Of a stretch of DNA of 64,000 nt, positions 1-13,754 are shown piece after piece; within the stretch, counting starts at the first letter, position 1, and each line of letters opens with the position of its first letter. The DNA lies in assembly GCA_051362555.1 (NCBI GenBank), contig CM120645.1, positions 496,001 through 560,000 on the forward strand, written 5' to 3'. This stretch comes from Lingula anatina (Eukaryota; Animalia; Brachiopoda). The notes beneath the pieces were generated by a model that was not told the DNA's origin, searched no databases, and saw nothing but the letters and a program-made list of their open reading frames with translations. Position numbers and translations under genes: made by a program.

Positions 1-100
1 TTTTAATCATGTTTGGGTAATAGGTTATTTATGGTATATTCCTTTCCATGGATGAAGTCAGTTTGTGGATATGGTTTAACAATTTTTATTTTAATTTCAG

Positions 101-172
101 GGATATTCAAGGAAACCAGTTGTCTTATATTCCACCGACTGCATTTGAAGGTTTTCCAAATTTACGTGAATT
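101..172 (+). CDS. LRIG: LRIG LRR exon ([24 protein letters not shown])
   Basis: tttcag acceptor, gtaagt donor, 72 bp, one LRR. Confidence 0.85.
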
Positions 173-3100
173 GTAAGTACTGTTGTAAACTTTAAGTTAA
201 AATGAAAATAAATGCCAAAGCATGAGGCATGTAAGTGATTACTGACACAAAATGTTGCAGAATTTATTGAAGGAGGTTTTCATGTGTTCAAAATTAACTG
301 TTGGGAAATATTTAATCAATGCCCCCTTTATGACTCTTATCAAAGAGAATGGTATTTGTAAGTATTCTTTAATAACTTTTTATTGAAAACACAATGTATC
401 ATTTTAACAATAGAGATTAATCCTAAAAGATGCCTTCTCTTTACGCTGGGCTATTGAAGTGTTCATTTTCCCCCCAGACCCCCTCTCTATCAAACCTTTA
501 ATGTATTCACACATTTGTGGAAATTTCAAGTGGGATTTTCTCTGTATTGGAAGTGAACATCTGCAAGTAGGCCACACTGAATTAAAACATACAAGCACAA
601 AGATTGTTATAAACTATTTAAAAGACCAAATGTATTGAGTCATTCATAGGGAAAACTCTTTTAATGTTTTCTGGCTTTTGTTACTGGCTTAAAGTGTGTA
701 CTTTATATATCAATAAGTTGTGTGACAATTCAGTTGAAATGCTTGCCACCTTTATTGAAGTGTTTGGCGGTTGCAGTGTTCACCACTTCACTAACACCTG
801 GGCGGCCACCAAGAACGTGCAGAACTTTGTTTATTGTTGTGGAGCTTGTTCCCACTTCCCCATGCTTATATATTGAAAGGGGTGGTGGTGGTTGGGGGTG
901 GGGGGGGGGGGGGGGAGGGAGATGTATCTCTGATGTTCCAAAGAAAGGTACCTTATTCCTGTCCCTGGTTGTCAAGTTGTTGTCTAGATCTGTGTGCTCA
1001 TTCAACAGGGCTGTTTTCTATTCTACCCGGCTGTCTGGGCTCTTTGACATGCGGGGTGCTTGGTGAGCAATAAGCGAAGAGTAATCCTACCATTGAAATG
1101 CGGGGTGTGAAAAGATTGGCAGGAATAAAGGCTTAAATGGTTGTTGTTGTCACTGAGGCAGAAGTGAGTACAAAGGGGTGCAGTAAAGCATCACTTGCCC
1201 CCCTTTTGTCCCCATGTCACAGAGGACCAGGGCTTATTAAGACCAAAATATTAATTTTTTTTCCTTCTCTTCTTCTCGCCCTCTCGCCAACATCCCCCAT
1301 TGGTGTTCTTACGTCTTGGTCCTCCTCGGCTTTCTTATGTGGGTGATCTTAGAGACTACAATTACTGGATGTGATATGTGAAGGGAGGGGTCATTATTTG
1401 GCACAGTTATAGTAGGGAGGGGTTATTAGCTGGCAACCTGTACATTTCAGCAGGTGTAGAAGCATGTGGAATTATACAATGGTTGTGAAATTTGAAAAGA
1501 CAGATAGATGTTATGTAAAATTGCCATGGTTACGTCATATTGTTGGGTTAATGAAGTGATGCTCTGGGTGGTTATTACTAAGATGGGAGGTTGCTCTATG
1601 AAGACCAACGCTGGTGATGACATCTTGGTGGTGGTGTAATGACTAGTGTCATTCTGGAAGACCGAGGGAAAGTACAGCTAACCAGCACTTACATGTCATT
1701 TTAACCATGGTATCATAGATTGGGCTGAAAATTTGGGAATAATTGATGCTCCTATCAGATAATGATGCCATTCCTCTCTCCCCGTGTCCCTCCCCCCATC
1801 ATTATGTCAGTGCAGTGATAATTACACCTCACGGTTGTCTTTATAGCCTTAAAATAGACATTGGAGCTGGTTTACACTGTATGCTCATGTTAGGGCATTT
1901 CATTAGCTTAGAAAATGGGATTCTAGTTGTCTTTTGAAAGAACTGGCACTATGAATTGTGCACTGTGGGGCCCTATTGATAAAAAGCTTGTTTGTGTTCA
2001 ACTTACTCGAAATTGTAAGTGATAGTTAAACCAGTAAAAAAAAGTATATCTATCACTTGTGGAGTATTACATTTTCATCTTATTAATTATTTATTTTGGT
2101 ATAATAACACTGAAAAATGTTACCTCTCTGTCTCTTGTTGGGTTCTAGATATGATTTTCCAGGCAGGAGTCGGCCACTGCTATGTGATATGGTTACTGTG
2201 GTAGATTGACTGTGTTTGTGGCTGTGGTGTTTACAACAGTAGTGAGATATTTGGCGCCGTGAGGTGTTGCTCAACCCTCTCAATCCCAACCTGAGGATAC
2301 AGTGACGTGAATGCTGATGTTAACTCTTTTCGGGAACTCGCTGCCTGTTTCCAGTTTACCACATTGTAACTGCAGTTTGTAGAGTTGACTTCTATTTTAG
2401 GCACAAGTGAATTTAAGGTGTAGAGAGTAGGGTGGATTTTGTCCTAATTAGGAAAAATGATGTTTGTTTTTTATCATAAAAATTATCATTTTGCTGCACA
2501 TGGGAAATACTTCAGCTAGGTAGGAAAAGTGAGCGCAGGGTGGTTGAGTTGGAAAGAGCCGTTTAAAGGAATACTTAAGAAAGTGTCACTTCCCGCTTCT
2601 AAAGAAAAGTTACAATTAACTCCTGAGCTTGCCGTCCCTAATATAAAGGGATTATCATAAAAGAGAGTCACAACGGACAACTGCCAAGGTTCTATGAGGC
2701 GAGGTTAATAAGCAAGCTGTTACAAAAGGTCCTCCTGACAGCTGATTGTCAAAGATGATAGATTTATTTTCAATCGCTATTGATACTGTCAGCTAAGGTG
2801 GTGCCCCCTGTGGGGAGGCTTTTGACAGAGGCGAGAAAGTCACAATGAGGATTCTACCTCATAGGCCCCTATCAATTATATTCTCATCAGCCCTGTTGCT
2901 GAAACCGAGAGATGACTCCAGAGATACAAAAGAAGTGCAATTTTCATAACAACGGGGTCGCCCTCTCACCAAGAATAGCTTATGTGCCTTGAATAAATCC
3001 CAAATAATGATTCTTGCTAGCTACTTTTTTTTCAATATGTTGATTCTTGAATTTTTTTGGTCTGGATTCAAATTTTTGTCTTTGAAAAGAAGTAAAGAAA

Positions 3101-6100
3101 AGGTGCGTGTGATGCTGCAAAGAAAGAAAAAAGAACAATACACCCTTCAGACAAATTTATTAATTTGTTACCATTTTTGTCCAAGATTGGAATTGAAGGC
3201 ATTTTCCCAATTCCATTCCTTTCTGCCTAGTCTCCCACTTCCCTCACCACATATTGAATAGAAGTTTTTTGCGGGATCATGGGCTCCAGTATTTATTGCG
3301 AAGAGGCTTACAAAGAGTTATCAGTCTCCAAATGGGAGGGCGGCTCGTGTGGTTTTCTCATGCACCGACTGATTGGTGGGCAAGAAATGTGCGAAAAAGC
3401 TCCCAGTGAACTGGTGGATTGAAGCAAACAGCTGCGAGCCCAGTGCATATATCACCTATATCAACCTACATGGCCGGGAGTTCTTATTTCTATGAAATGT
3501 TACCACATATTAATGGCTCTGATTGGTTTTTCATTCCTACTTAACCATCGGGAAGTGCTGTCCCAGCTTTAAAAAAAAAAGAAGAAAAAGAAACAAAAAA
3601 ATTAAGTGGCAGGAAAAAAATGTGCTTGCAAAAAAAATAATTGGTAATTGGTTAGAAAGTGTTAGAAAGAAACATGACTGTAAAAATGACAGAGATAGAA
3701 AAAAAACTTGATTGCAAAAAAAAAAAAAAAAAAAAAAAAGTTCAGTGGCTGAAGTGCTGATGTGTATTTTGGTTGATGGAGGTGGTGTGAAGTCACCTGT
3801 AGTAGTGAAGATACATAGGAGCCTGCATTCCACTTAACCTGTCACTTCTTATTAACATGGAGGCTCCTTAAACCTTGGGATATAGTCAATGAATTTGGGG
3901 GGGGGGGGGGGGCTTTTACTTCTTATCATTGAGAAAGAGATGCACTGAATGAGTGGTATAAATTGTTTTATATAAACAGTTAAACTAGGATTTCAGTTTA
4001 TAGTTAATGTCTGAATTTATCAGAGAATCACTGTTACTTCAGGATGCTTTTTTCATAGATTTTAATAGCAAACTTGGGATACGTTTTGATGTTGTTCTCA
4101 AAGGAGGAGTAATAAAATTTTTGAAAAGGGATTTAGTGAATAAAATGGACCAGGTTGGAGGGGGGGGGGGACCTTGAATGGGGTGTGGGAAAGGGGGGGT
4201 GGGGTGAGATCAACATATTGCCTTGCAGAAGGGACCTATATTTCAGGTGTTCCAGGAGAAGTTAAAAGAGACAGGTGTGCATTCTTCTAGCATAGGTGGC
4301 TACTTACTGGTTAGATTGTATTCATTTCTATGTAGCAGTCATTTCTGGATTGCAATCACATCCAGGTGCCAAGTAATAAGAGGTAGAATTGTCAGCTCAC
4401 TTTAACCAGTAATAAAGCAACATTGTGACCAGGAAAGAAACATTGTATCAATTGTGACCAGGTGAGGTAATTGTCCAGTTGTCCACACCTGGACAGAGGG
4501 GACAATTAAGACTGATTGAATTTTAAACCTTAATTAAGGAAACCTGTCAGCTCCATATCACACCAGTAGTTCTTGTTATTGATTCTAATCCACAATCAGG
4601 GCCCAGTGTGGCTTGGTTAGATAACAAGTGGTGGATAGTGACCTAGGGTGTAATTACATCCATGCGGCAGGTCCTGACAGGTGTCATGTATGGCCCCAGT
4701 TGTGGATAATTGCATGTTTAACTTACCTTTTTTGAACTAGCCTAATTTGTCCAGTTTTGATTTATACAAACTTCAAGGACCAATTACAACAGTTTTTGTT
4801 TCTGTCATGACTTGAAGAAAACAGGTGCTGGTTCCGATGCCTGTGACATCAGATTACACCACATATACTCTTTGTACATGATAAAATCAAAGCACCATGT
4901 TGTGGTGGCAGCCATGTTTGTCCAGCTACCCCCCCCCCCCCCCCCCCCCGTGCTGACCTAGCTACTGGTTCCACTTCACTGATTTGAGTGATTGATTCTG
5001 AAACAACTGAACCTTTACAGGTGTGAGGTGTTAATCAATATTTAGATAATTTTTCTGTTTCAGATAGTTTGTATTATGCCTATATGATAGAGTAAAAAAA
5101 TTAAAGCTTTGTCTTACTGATTTTTCCCTTTATAATTTTTTTGTGATGAGAAGATAAAAATGTTGGAATTGTTGAGAGGGAGCAGAAGGTTACAGGCGTA
5201 TCTAGGAAAACAAGATTGGCTTTAACTGGAATGAAATTCAGGGTAATTCAATCACAAGTCATGTTAACATATTTTGATCTTTTAACCTGCATTGATTTTG
5301 TCTGACCTAACTCAGCACTGTTCTAGGACAAGTGATTGCTGAAAATGGGGGAAGTGTGTTGATTTATTGTTCCAGCTAATAAGGCACATCTTTATTACTT
5401 TGTAGGCAATTCATCAATTTAATTAAAACAAATGTGTTAGATAGTCTGGCATAGGGGCGCAGATAGCTAGAAATCTTGTGACCTCAAGCGGCTTATATCA
5501 TACTGCTGTGGTTGAAAACAGGACTAATCTAGATAACAACTTGTCTAATAGATAATCCTATTCAAAAGGACAAATTACAAAGCTTTCTTTATGGTAAGAC
5601 TTGGTTAGCTCCCATTTGTGGTCACTGGTTAACTTTAGAGTGAATCTTGTAGAAAACAGCAGAGGTAATAAAATCTATCTGTACTATCCCCCCTGTCTCT
5701 CCTGGTGGCATGCTTGGTTACCTCTCTGCCCATTACAGGGTGAGGGTAATCACTGAAATTGGTATTTAATGGTTTCATTCCTACTTAGATTCTGGTATGG
5801 AGTGAGTGGGGAAACTATTGTGTTGAGTTGAAAGTGGATGTTTTTGAGGGTTGTGGGGGTATCCCTTAGAAACTCATGGGTTTAATTAACTTAAAAGTAG
5901 CGTGCTATTTCTTCTCACCTGGTCATTTACAACTTTGAATAAATTCGGATGAACTGTGATTTAAAATTTAATTTTATAGAGGTATCAGGGCCAGATGTCA
6001 ACTGTTGTCATCTGGTATATGTGTATGTATAGAAGAAATCAAAATGTGGTGGAAGACTGCATATAAATGTTTAAAAATTGAATATGAAATCCTTATATTT

Positions 6101-9100
6101 CTATATTAAATTAAAGAAAATATATACAAAATGGACAAAAAACTTTATTCTCTGTTTATTTGCTTCAGAATAACAAAATGTTTGGTTTTATGTCTTAGTT
6201 TTTTTATAGCTGTTTGGTCTTCTGAAAAAATAAGAAAGAAAAAAAAAAGCAATAAAATTAATTTACCTCTATAATGGGAAGAAGTGAGCAATTTCCTCCT
6301 CATGGTTTATATAATCATAAGCTGTCAACCACAAGGCACAATTCAGAGAAAAGTCTTAGGAAGTCTACATATGACTGTACTAGAACACAGATCTGTGGAC
6401 TTCTATGCACCACATGTACTCAACAAAATGACCTGTAAAAAATATTTATGGTTCGTAAAGAACTTTTACATTTTAATGGAGAGGCTATGAGAAATTTCTG
6501 CAGTTCAACTTATTGAAAAGCATCATTTAATTTTAGCTAGACTACGTGAAGCATTTCAAATTTCAGATATAATTATATGAAAATATTTATAATGTTGCTG
6601 TCACTTGAGTTTGATGAGTGGCAGTTGGTCTCCATGTTGAACCTGAGTCTAAACCATTGGTTGTATAAATCATACACAATAACCCTAGATCTTAATTGTT
6701 TACCTAAATATTTATCTTGCCATGATTAATGTGTTAATATGACATTAATGGTCAATATTGTTACTAGGATTGAGATAAACTGTTAACACCCCCCCCCCTT
6801 TCTTGTCCATATTGTTCATAACTGAAGAGAAACAAGGTGGTTATGAACTCTACATAGCTGTGATTTAGTTTATGTAAGTGGTTGGTACGATAAGTGTATT
6901 CACTTTCACTATTGCATGTTTAATTGATTCTAGGCAACAAATAGACACAAATACACAAACTGTAGCTGTTTTATATTTTATTGGCCAGCAGAGATGATAA
7001 GTGAAGGGGATAAAGGAAAAAAAAATTTTGAAGGGCCCTGGAAATGGTTTATGACAGTGTTCATGGAAGCTGGTTTCAAGCAGATGAAATGTGTAGGTTT
7101 AGTTAGAGATCAAAGTTGACCAGGCTCGGGGAGTTTGATAAGAGATTAGATCTGTGTTTTTGGTGGTTTTCTGAATCAGGCAGGGCACACATTGTAATTG
7201 ATAGATTTCAAGGTTTGCTGCTCAACTAATTACCAGATAGTGCTGTTCAGGGGAGGGATGTTTCTGCACAGAAAATTACACTCAACCGAAATTTTTCCCC
7301 TTGGGGATATAATGTAAAAAAAGTCGTTTGGTTACAGATGTAAATCAAGAGAGCAGAGAGTGTTTGTTACTTAAGAGACATGACATTTGACTCCTTTTTA
7401 AACACACCTGGAAGGTAAAAATCACGCTATCCCTTGAGAAACAAGTTTTTTTTTTACTGTCATTGTACAAGAGACAATAAAAAAAAACTATTTCATTTTT
7501 TTGTTGTTTGGTTTTTTGGTAAGTTCTTTATGAAACAGAGGAGAACAGGTGGCATATACTGAAATAAGACTAATATTATAACTGGTGTCAGTGACTTGTA
7601 TTGATCAGACGAGGGTTGGCTGTCATTCTTTGGCAATTTTAGAACCGTGTTTGATATCCAATGATGCAGCATCACAGGTGTTCCATGCCGTGGAGTAACA
7701 TATGTACTGCTGAAGGAATTGAATTTGAAAAGCTGATGAAAAGAACGTCAACCACCTGAACAACTTTGAAGGAAAATTAATGTTTAATTTGCATGTGTGG
7801 ATAATTTTTATATAGAAACCTGTTGATTGGTGTTGAACACTGTACATAGATTGTAATACGGTTGACTTTGACGTTAGAAGCGATTTCATAGTTGTGTGAC
7901 ATGGATGCTCTGCAGGTGTTGCTCTGTAACAAAAAAGGACTTTTTCATAAATTTTTCATAATGATTGAACAAATATGGTAATAGTTGACAATATTATGGG
8001 TTTTGTATTATACCAGTCATCCTGTTAAATAATTAAGCTTCCTGCTTGCCACAATTATGAATTAAACCGAAGTAAAGGGCCAGCCATTCAAGGTAGCTGG
8101 TTTTGAAGGAAACTGAGCATTGGTTGCATAATGGGTCCATTGAAAACAAACCACAAGTTTAAAGAGGCCCAGGTGTGAAGTGAATAGAGCGCATATCTTG
8201 GTAGCCAAGACTAGAGTGTGCTGACGGAATAGAATAACCCACTTCAGCAGCTTAGTGCTTATCTCCAGGGAATCTGATTGGGGCTTGGGGGGAATAGTTA
8301 AGTTTTGATTTGTTTTCTTACGCGGAGTGATGAAATGCATACTGCTACTATGGGGCAATGGTGTGAAAACGTGACTGAGAGGGGAAAGTTTGAGTTGCTA
8401 TTGGGATTGGTTCTTTTAATAGCAAAAAGGCAATGCAATAAGTTCAATAAAGCTGGGCTGATATTACTCTCTCTCCTACCTTTTCTTCCATGATTTCTCA
8501 ACTGTTATTTCCTTTTCAAAAACATGAATATATTTAGCATTTGCTGAGAGATCAGGATCTGGAGGCAATACTATACATTCTTTGGGTATTTCCCTCTCTC
8601 CCTCCATCCCCCATTAATGTTTCCTATCAGTAGGACATATTATGAATAAATGTCTGAACTAAATATGAATATATTAAGAGAAATCTAAAAGAACTGTATT
8701 TTTTTTTTTTCAGGAACTTAAACAGAAATCAGCTGACCAGCGTCAATGCATCAGTATTTTCACATCTACCAGGATTGCAGGAGCTGTAAGTACAGTTCAA
8801 AATCCTCATAATTCTTTGAAAATAATTCTTAATCAGTAGATTTTTTTCATTTTTTTTCTGTGGCTGTAATACTGTTATTTATTTATTTATTTATATTTTG
8901 GGGTGTGTGTGAATGGGTTGGGCGTGGCTAGTGAAAGTGAAAGTTATTTGGACCACAAATGTCGTGAAGAATACTGTGTGGTCTGTGTGTGTGCTAGTCT
9001 CAGGAGTCAGGGAGTGCTTTCCTCTTGTAAGATTTGATCTGGATTACAGGACAGCCACCTTTGGTCATCTCCAAGAAATGAGCTAAGAGGGTGCAGTCTC

Positions 9101-11128
9101 TGCCTCTTGAGGGTCTTTTTTATGGCTGCTAATGTCCATCTTGCGTTTGCTCTCCTTGGCTTTGGTTTGACCCGTTACATGGCCTCACTAGCCTCATGCA
9201 ATCTCAAGATTTGACTCTCTCCGACTGATGTCTTATTGGCATGTTCCAGGTGGAAAAGACTCCCCAGTGTTTGAGCAGTTTTGATTATATAATTCATTTT
9301 CTGTAACCTGTGTATTGTGCTGAAGATGGTTTTAATCTAAATTTCAGTTCTAAGAGAGTTGTGCTGTGTGTGTGTTTGTTTGAGAAAGAGAAAGAGATGA
9401 GTGACTCCATAAAAATTCGTGAAAAAAATCTGACAGGTCAAGTTCTGTTTAAATCTGCACATTTGTGTGACATGTCAGTTTAACATCATATTTGGGGGAT
9501 CATTTGTGTCCCAGATAGCTTACCATATTGAGTTGGGAGGCAAGTTTTTGACCTAATTTGATGTTTTCCCGTTCTACCTTCTTTTGACTCTTTACAATTT
9601 GGATGGTATCTTGACCCCTTCTTTTGTTCAGTTTTTATATGTTAGACCACAAATAAATTACCCCTTAATTTTTTGTTTCATTGAATCAACCCCTCTCAAA
9701 TGGTTGATTTTTTCCATAAAATTAATCTATTCATTTCTTATGATCGTCCAAAAAAATTCGTAATTTCGTGATAAAAGAAACCGAAACATGCAAGAAGAAA
9801 AGTGATTGATTGAAATCCTTTTCTCTCTGAATCATTTAATTAGATTGTATTCATTCAGAGGTCACGTCTTGACCTGAGCACATGGAATGGGATGTTGTTT
9901 TACCAATCAATACAAAAGTTTGGTATCATTTTGGTGGGACGCGGGGGTGAGTGGGTGCAGAAATAGGGAGAAATGTGAGTTGTGTAAACACAAAGCCCTC
10001 TGTGGGACTGAGAAACATAAATAGCATTGGTTTTATTGAACGGGGCTTAAACTGTGGGTCTTATAAAGTGTCCATCAGGCAGAAACACATTCCACTCATT
10101 TTCTTTCACTTTTAAAGTGAAAATATGCCAGAATATTGAAGTTGAAAACAAAAAGTTCTGTTTTGTATGAGGTAATTACAGCAATAATCTCCCAGACATA
10201 AATATGTGACTTGGCAACAACAGGTTAAATTCTTAGCAGACGACACTGAATGGCTGCATTTCAGTTTATTTCATGGCTGAAGAACGGAAACTTTTTCAGT
10301 TCATCTCTGTTTCTCTCCCTTTTAACATCATAAATGCTGGTGAAATTATGTCAGTGATGACTTGGTCTAGTTTTATGTTTAATTTCGAGTCAAAATTACT
10401 TAGCATTTATCTAGAAATTGTAAGACATAGATAACAGATTTGAAGCAAAAGATGGTTAACCTTGTTTGCGCATATGCTGCCAATAATATAAATTTTGAAG
10501 TTTTATGCTCAAAATAATTCTTAAATTTTCTTTTCACAGTTCATACAAAAGAAAGAAAAAAATCAAGTAATGAAAGTATAGGTAGTGTCAGCAGATGTAG
10601 TAGAAATTATGTAGTTAAATTGACACCCAACACCTTGGAGCCAAAACAATTTACGTTCATCATTTGGCTACTGTGTCCAGTGTAGGGGTCCACTATGATG
10701 TTTGTTAAGTTAGTAGGCCTGGCGTAATTAGCTACCAGTGTGGATATGGTCCAGTTCAGCTGTAGTCTGCTGGTGGAGGTGACAGTGGCTGATGACACTA
10801 CTTTTGACTCCTCAGCTGCTCAAAAACAACATTTAATGGCCCTGGTCCACCTCCTCCATCATGATACTCCATAGTACTGTCCCCGCTGGCCAAACTGAGC
10901 GTTGAGAGGTAGTGTGTGAGCCGTGGAAAAATGCGCCTGTATGGTAGTTAATCAGGGATTTTGAATGTGAGGGTATAATTTTCCCCTGTTTAAAATAATT
11001 AATTTTTTGTAGTTCGTTGAATAATTGTCTAAAAAAGATTATCAAAAGGTGAAAGGTGATGTGAAAATTAAATTACTATGAAAAGTTTTTGAACATTTTT
11101 AAATATTTTGTTATTACGCAAACATTCT

Positions 11129-11170
<42 letters not shown>

Positions 11171-12395
11171 AATAGTTTTTACCATATTCATTTATTTATT
11201 GACTTTTTTTATTGCATTGCCTGAAAGCACCCTTTTCTTCTTTTGTTTCATTATGCAAGTTATAACTCAGTAAGGCATCTTATTTGGTCAAAGTTATGAC
11301 TGTACTGTATTATATTTTTTCTCTTTTCAGTAAAATTGGCAATAACATGTTGACTGCTATGCCAAAACTAAGATTGAAGACTGAACTGAGGGTGTTGAAT
11401 CTGTAAGTATTACTATGGAGTGTCAGTGGTAGCATTTAAACTGGGTGTCTCTGTTCTTGACTTCAACATCTGATCTGCTGCGAGTCGGAGTTCACTAAGG
11501 CCGCATTGACAACAGCAGGCTAATTAGTCCGTGGATCAAATATGGCCGACCCACTTGTTTGCTTGTCGCATAATGATTTAATATATTCAGTGTCTATAAG
11601 GGGATTAGGCAACAAGATTTTAAGTGGGTCGCCATATTTGATCTAAATACTAGTTAGTCTGCTGTGCTGAATACAGCCAAAAACTTGGTCTTGAATTTTC
11701 AAGTTCAGTTACCAGTCTAAAGTCCTGCTCCTATACAGGCCCAGGTGTGTGTGTTTTAGGTGTAAATAAGACTGTAATGTCACCAAGCCTTGTCATCCAG
11801 GTGTCACAGATACACACTGGAACATGGTAGAGGTAAACATCTCCTCCGAGAGAGTGGCTCACTATCTGATTAAACAGGTGTTAGCAAGATAGGGAGACCT
11901 GTCCCCCCCCCCCTCCCCCTCCTTCTCTCTCCCCCCTTCCTTCCAAACCCTTTAGGTTTTTGAAATTGGATTTTAAAAGTGGGACAATTGATAATGATTA
12001 TGATAATTTGATAATGGAAATGTTGATGCTTATTTCTTGCTGCTTAAATAAAAAAAAATAAAATGGAATAAAAAATATCAAATTTTAGCTAAAATGGATT
12101 TTGAATGAAGTATAAGTATTTTGAAAAAAAAAATGTAGAAGGCAAATGTTAAGTCTTAATATAACATGGCGAAGAAATAAATGAATAAATGACCTGGTAA
12201 CATTCTTGGAATGTTGGACTGGAGTGAAATCAAAGAAAAGTGCCGTGGATGTCCAACATGGCAGCCATGCTTGGCCTCTAGCCACTGCGCTGTGAGCAGA
12301 GTTGTGTGTGGAACATGCTAGTAGACAACCTGTCCAGAAATGAATACGACGAGGAGATGATGTACACATAGTGACAGAGTACTGTGTGTGTGTGA

Positions 12396-12436
<41 letters not shown>

Positions 12437-13701
12437 CAAAGGAGTGTAATAATTCTTATCTCAAAAGGAGAGGAATGTCCTTCATAAGTTAAGAAGTTTT
12501 CAATTAAAAAAAATACATAAAATTTGAGTTAAAAAGACAGATGCACCAAAAATATATATGGAACAAAAAAGAAAATTAGACCAGACATTTTTTGTTCTTC
12601 AAAACCCGTAGCAGAGTCTCAGTTACAAAATTTCCTCCCCAAAAAACACTGCATTCACCACTCTCTGCTTGAACACTGGTGGAAATAATTAGGTCAGAGC
12701 TGTCAGCGTAGCTGTCAAATCTGTGAAACTTGAGGCGAGCAGGGAGGAAGATGACAAGTCTTCAACGCCCTGAACACCACAGCAACAAATTACATCCAGT
12801 TATTGGCAGAGAGCGTTCCTGATATCCACCCTGAGAATGGCGCAGTCCTGAGAGGAGGATATTGGTGATCCACAGGGTTGACAGGGTACCCTTGGGGTGG
12901 AAACTTGAATATTGTTGAATTGTCAAATCTTAAAAATGTGTGAGATGGGACAAATGATTGAAGTTTTAAAAAATAAGTGAATGAATGGATTAAAAAAATA
13001 AAAAAAATTAATAAAGTAAAGTAGAAAAGCAGTCAGACATTGCAACCTCTGCCACGACGAATAATTAAGTAATATTAACCATAATTTAATTGATTAATTA
13101 ATTATTTAATCAACACCAAAATCCGTCCATGACTTTATGCATAATGTTGGGCACAGGCAAACAAACAAACCAACCCACAAACAGAAGGGAAAACATAACC
13201 TCTTTGTTGGAGGTAGTAAATAAAAACTGACAGCTCAGAGCTGGACCAGAAGACAGCAGAGGGAGCTTCCTGCACTCTTCTCTTCCATCCTTTCTGTCTT
13301 CTCTCACCATGCCCTTCTCTTGTTGGACCTCATCTGAAGTCAAATTTCCACGTCACTTTTTCTAACCAGCTGCAGTTTATTTCTGTCCCTTTTACAGATG
13401 TCTTTATTAACTTGACAGTGACATATCACCATAAGTTGCTGACAATTTCATGTAATAGGCTTTTATATTAAAGAAAAGAGAGGGAGCAAGTGCCTTGGCT
13501 GCTGAATGAAAAAATGACACATGAGACATAGAAGAAGAAGAGTTTTTCTTTTAGTCTTTGTTATTTTGAGGTTTGGCGCGTTTAGAGCTAGCATGCTGGT
13601 AGGGGATTAGATTGGATTGGAGTGGCATGTAAGTGGGAGGGGGTAGAAAAATGGTTTGAGTCTTTCTTCCCATCTTTTTTTCTCTCTGTGCGTGTGTGTG
13701 C

Positions 13702-13754
<53 letters not shown>

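Noticed and set aside
664-1346. Cluster of overlapping ORFs with poly-Gly/poly-Pro
   Set aside because: Produced by a G homopolymer; no domain or splice support for a nested gene.
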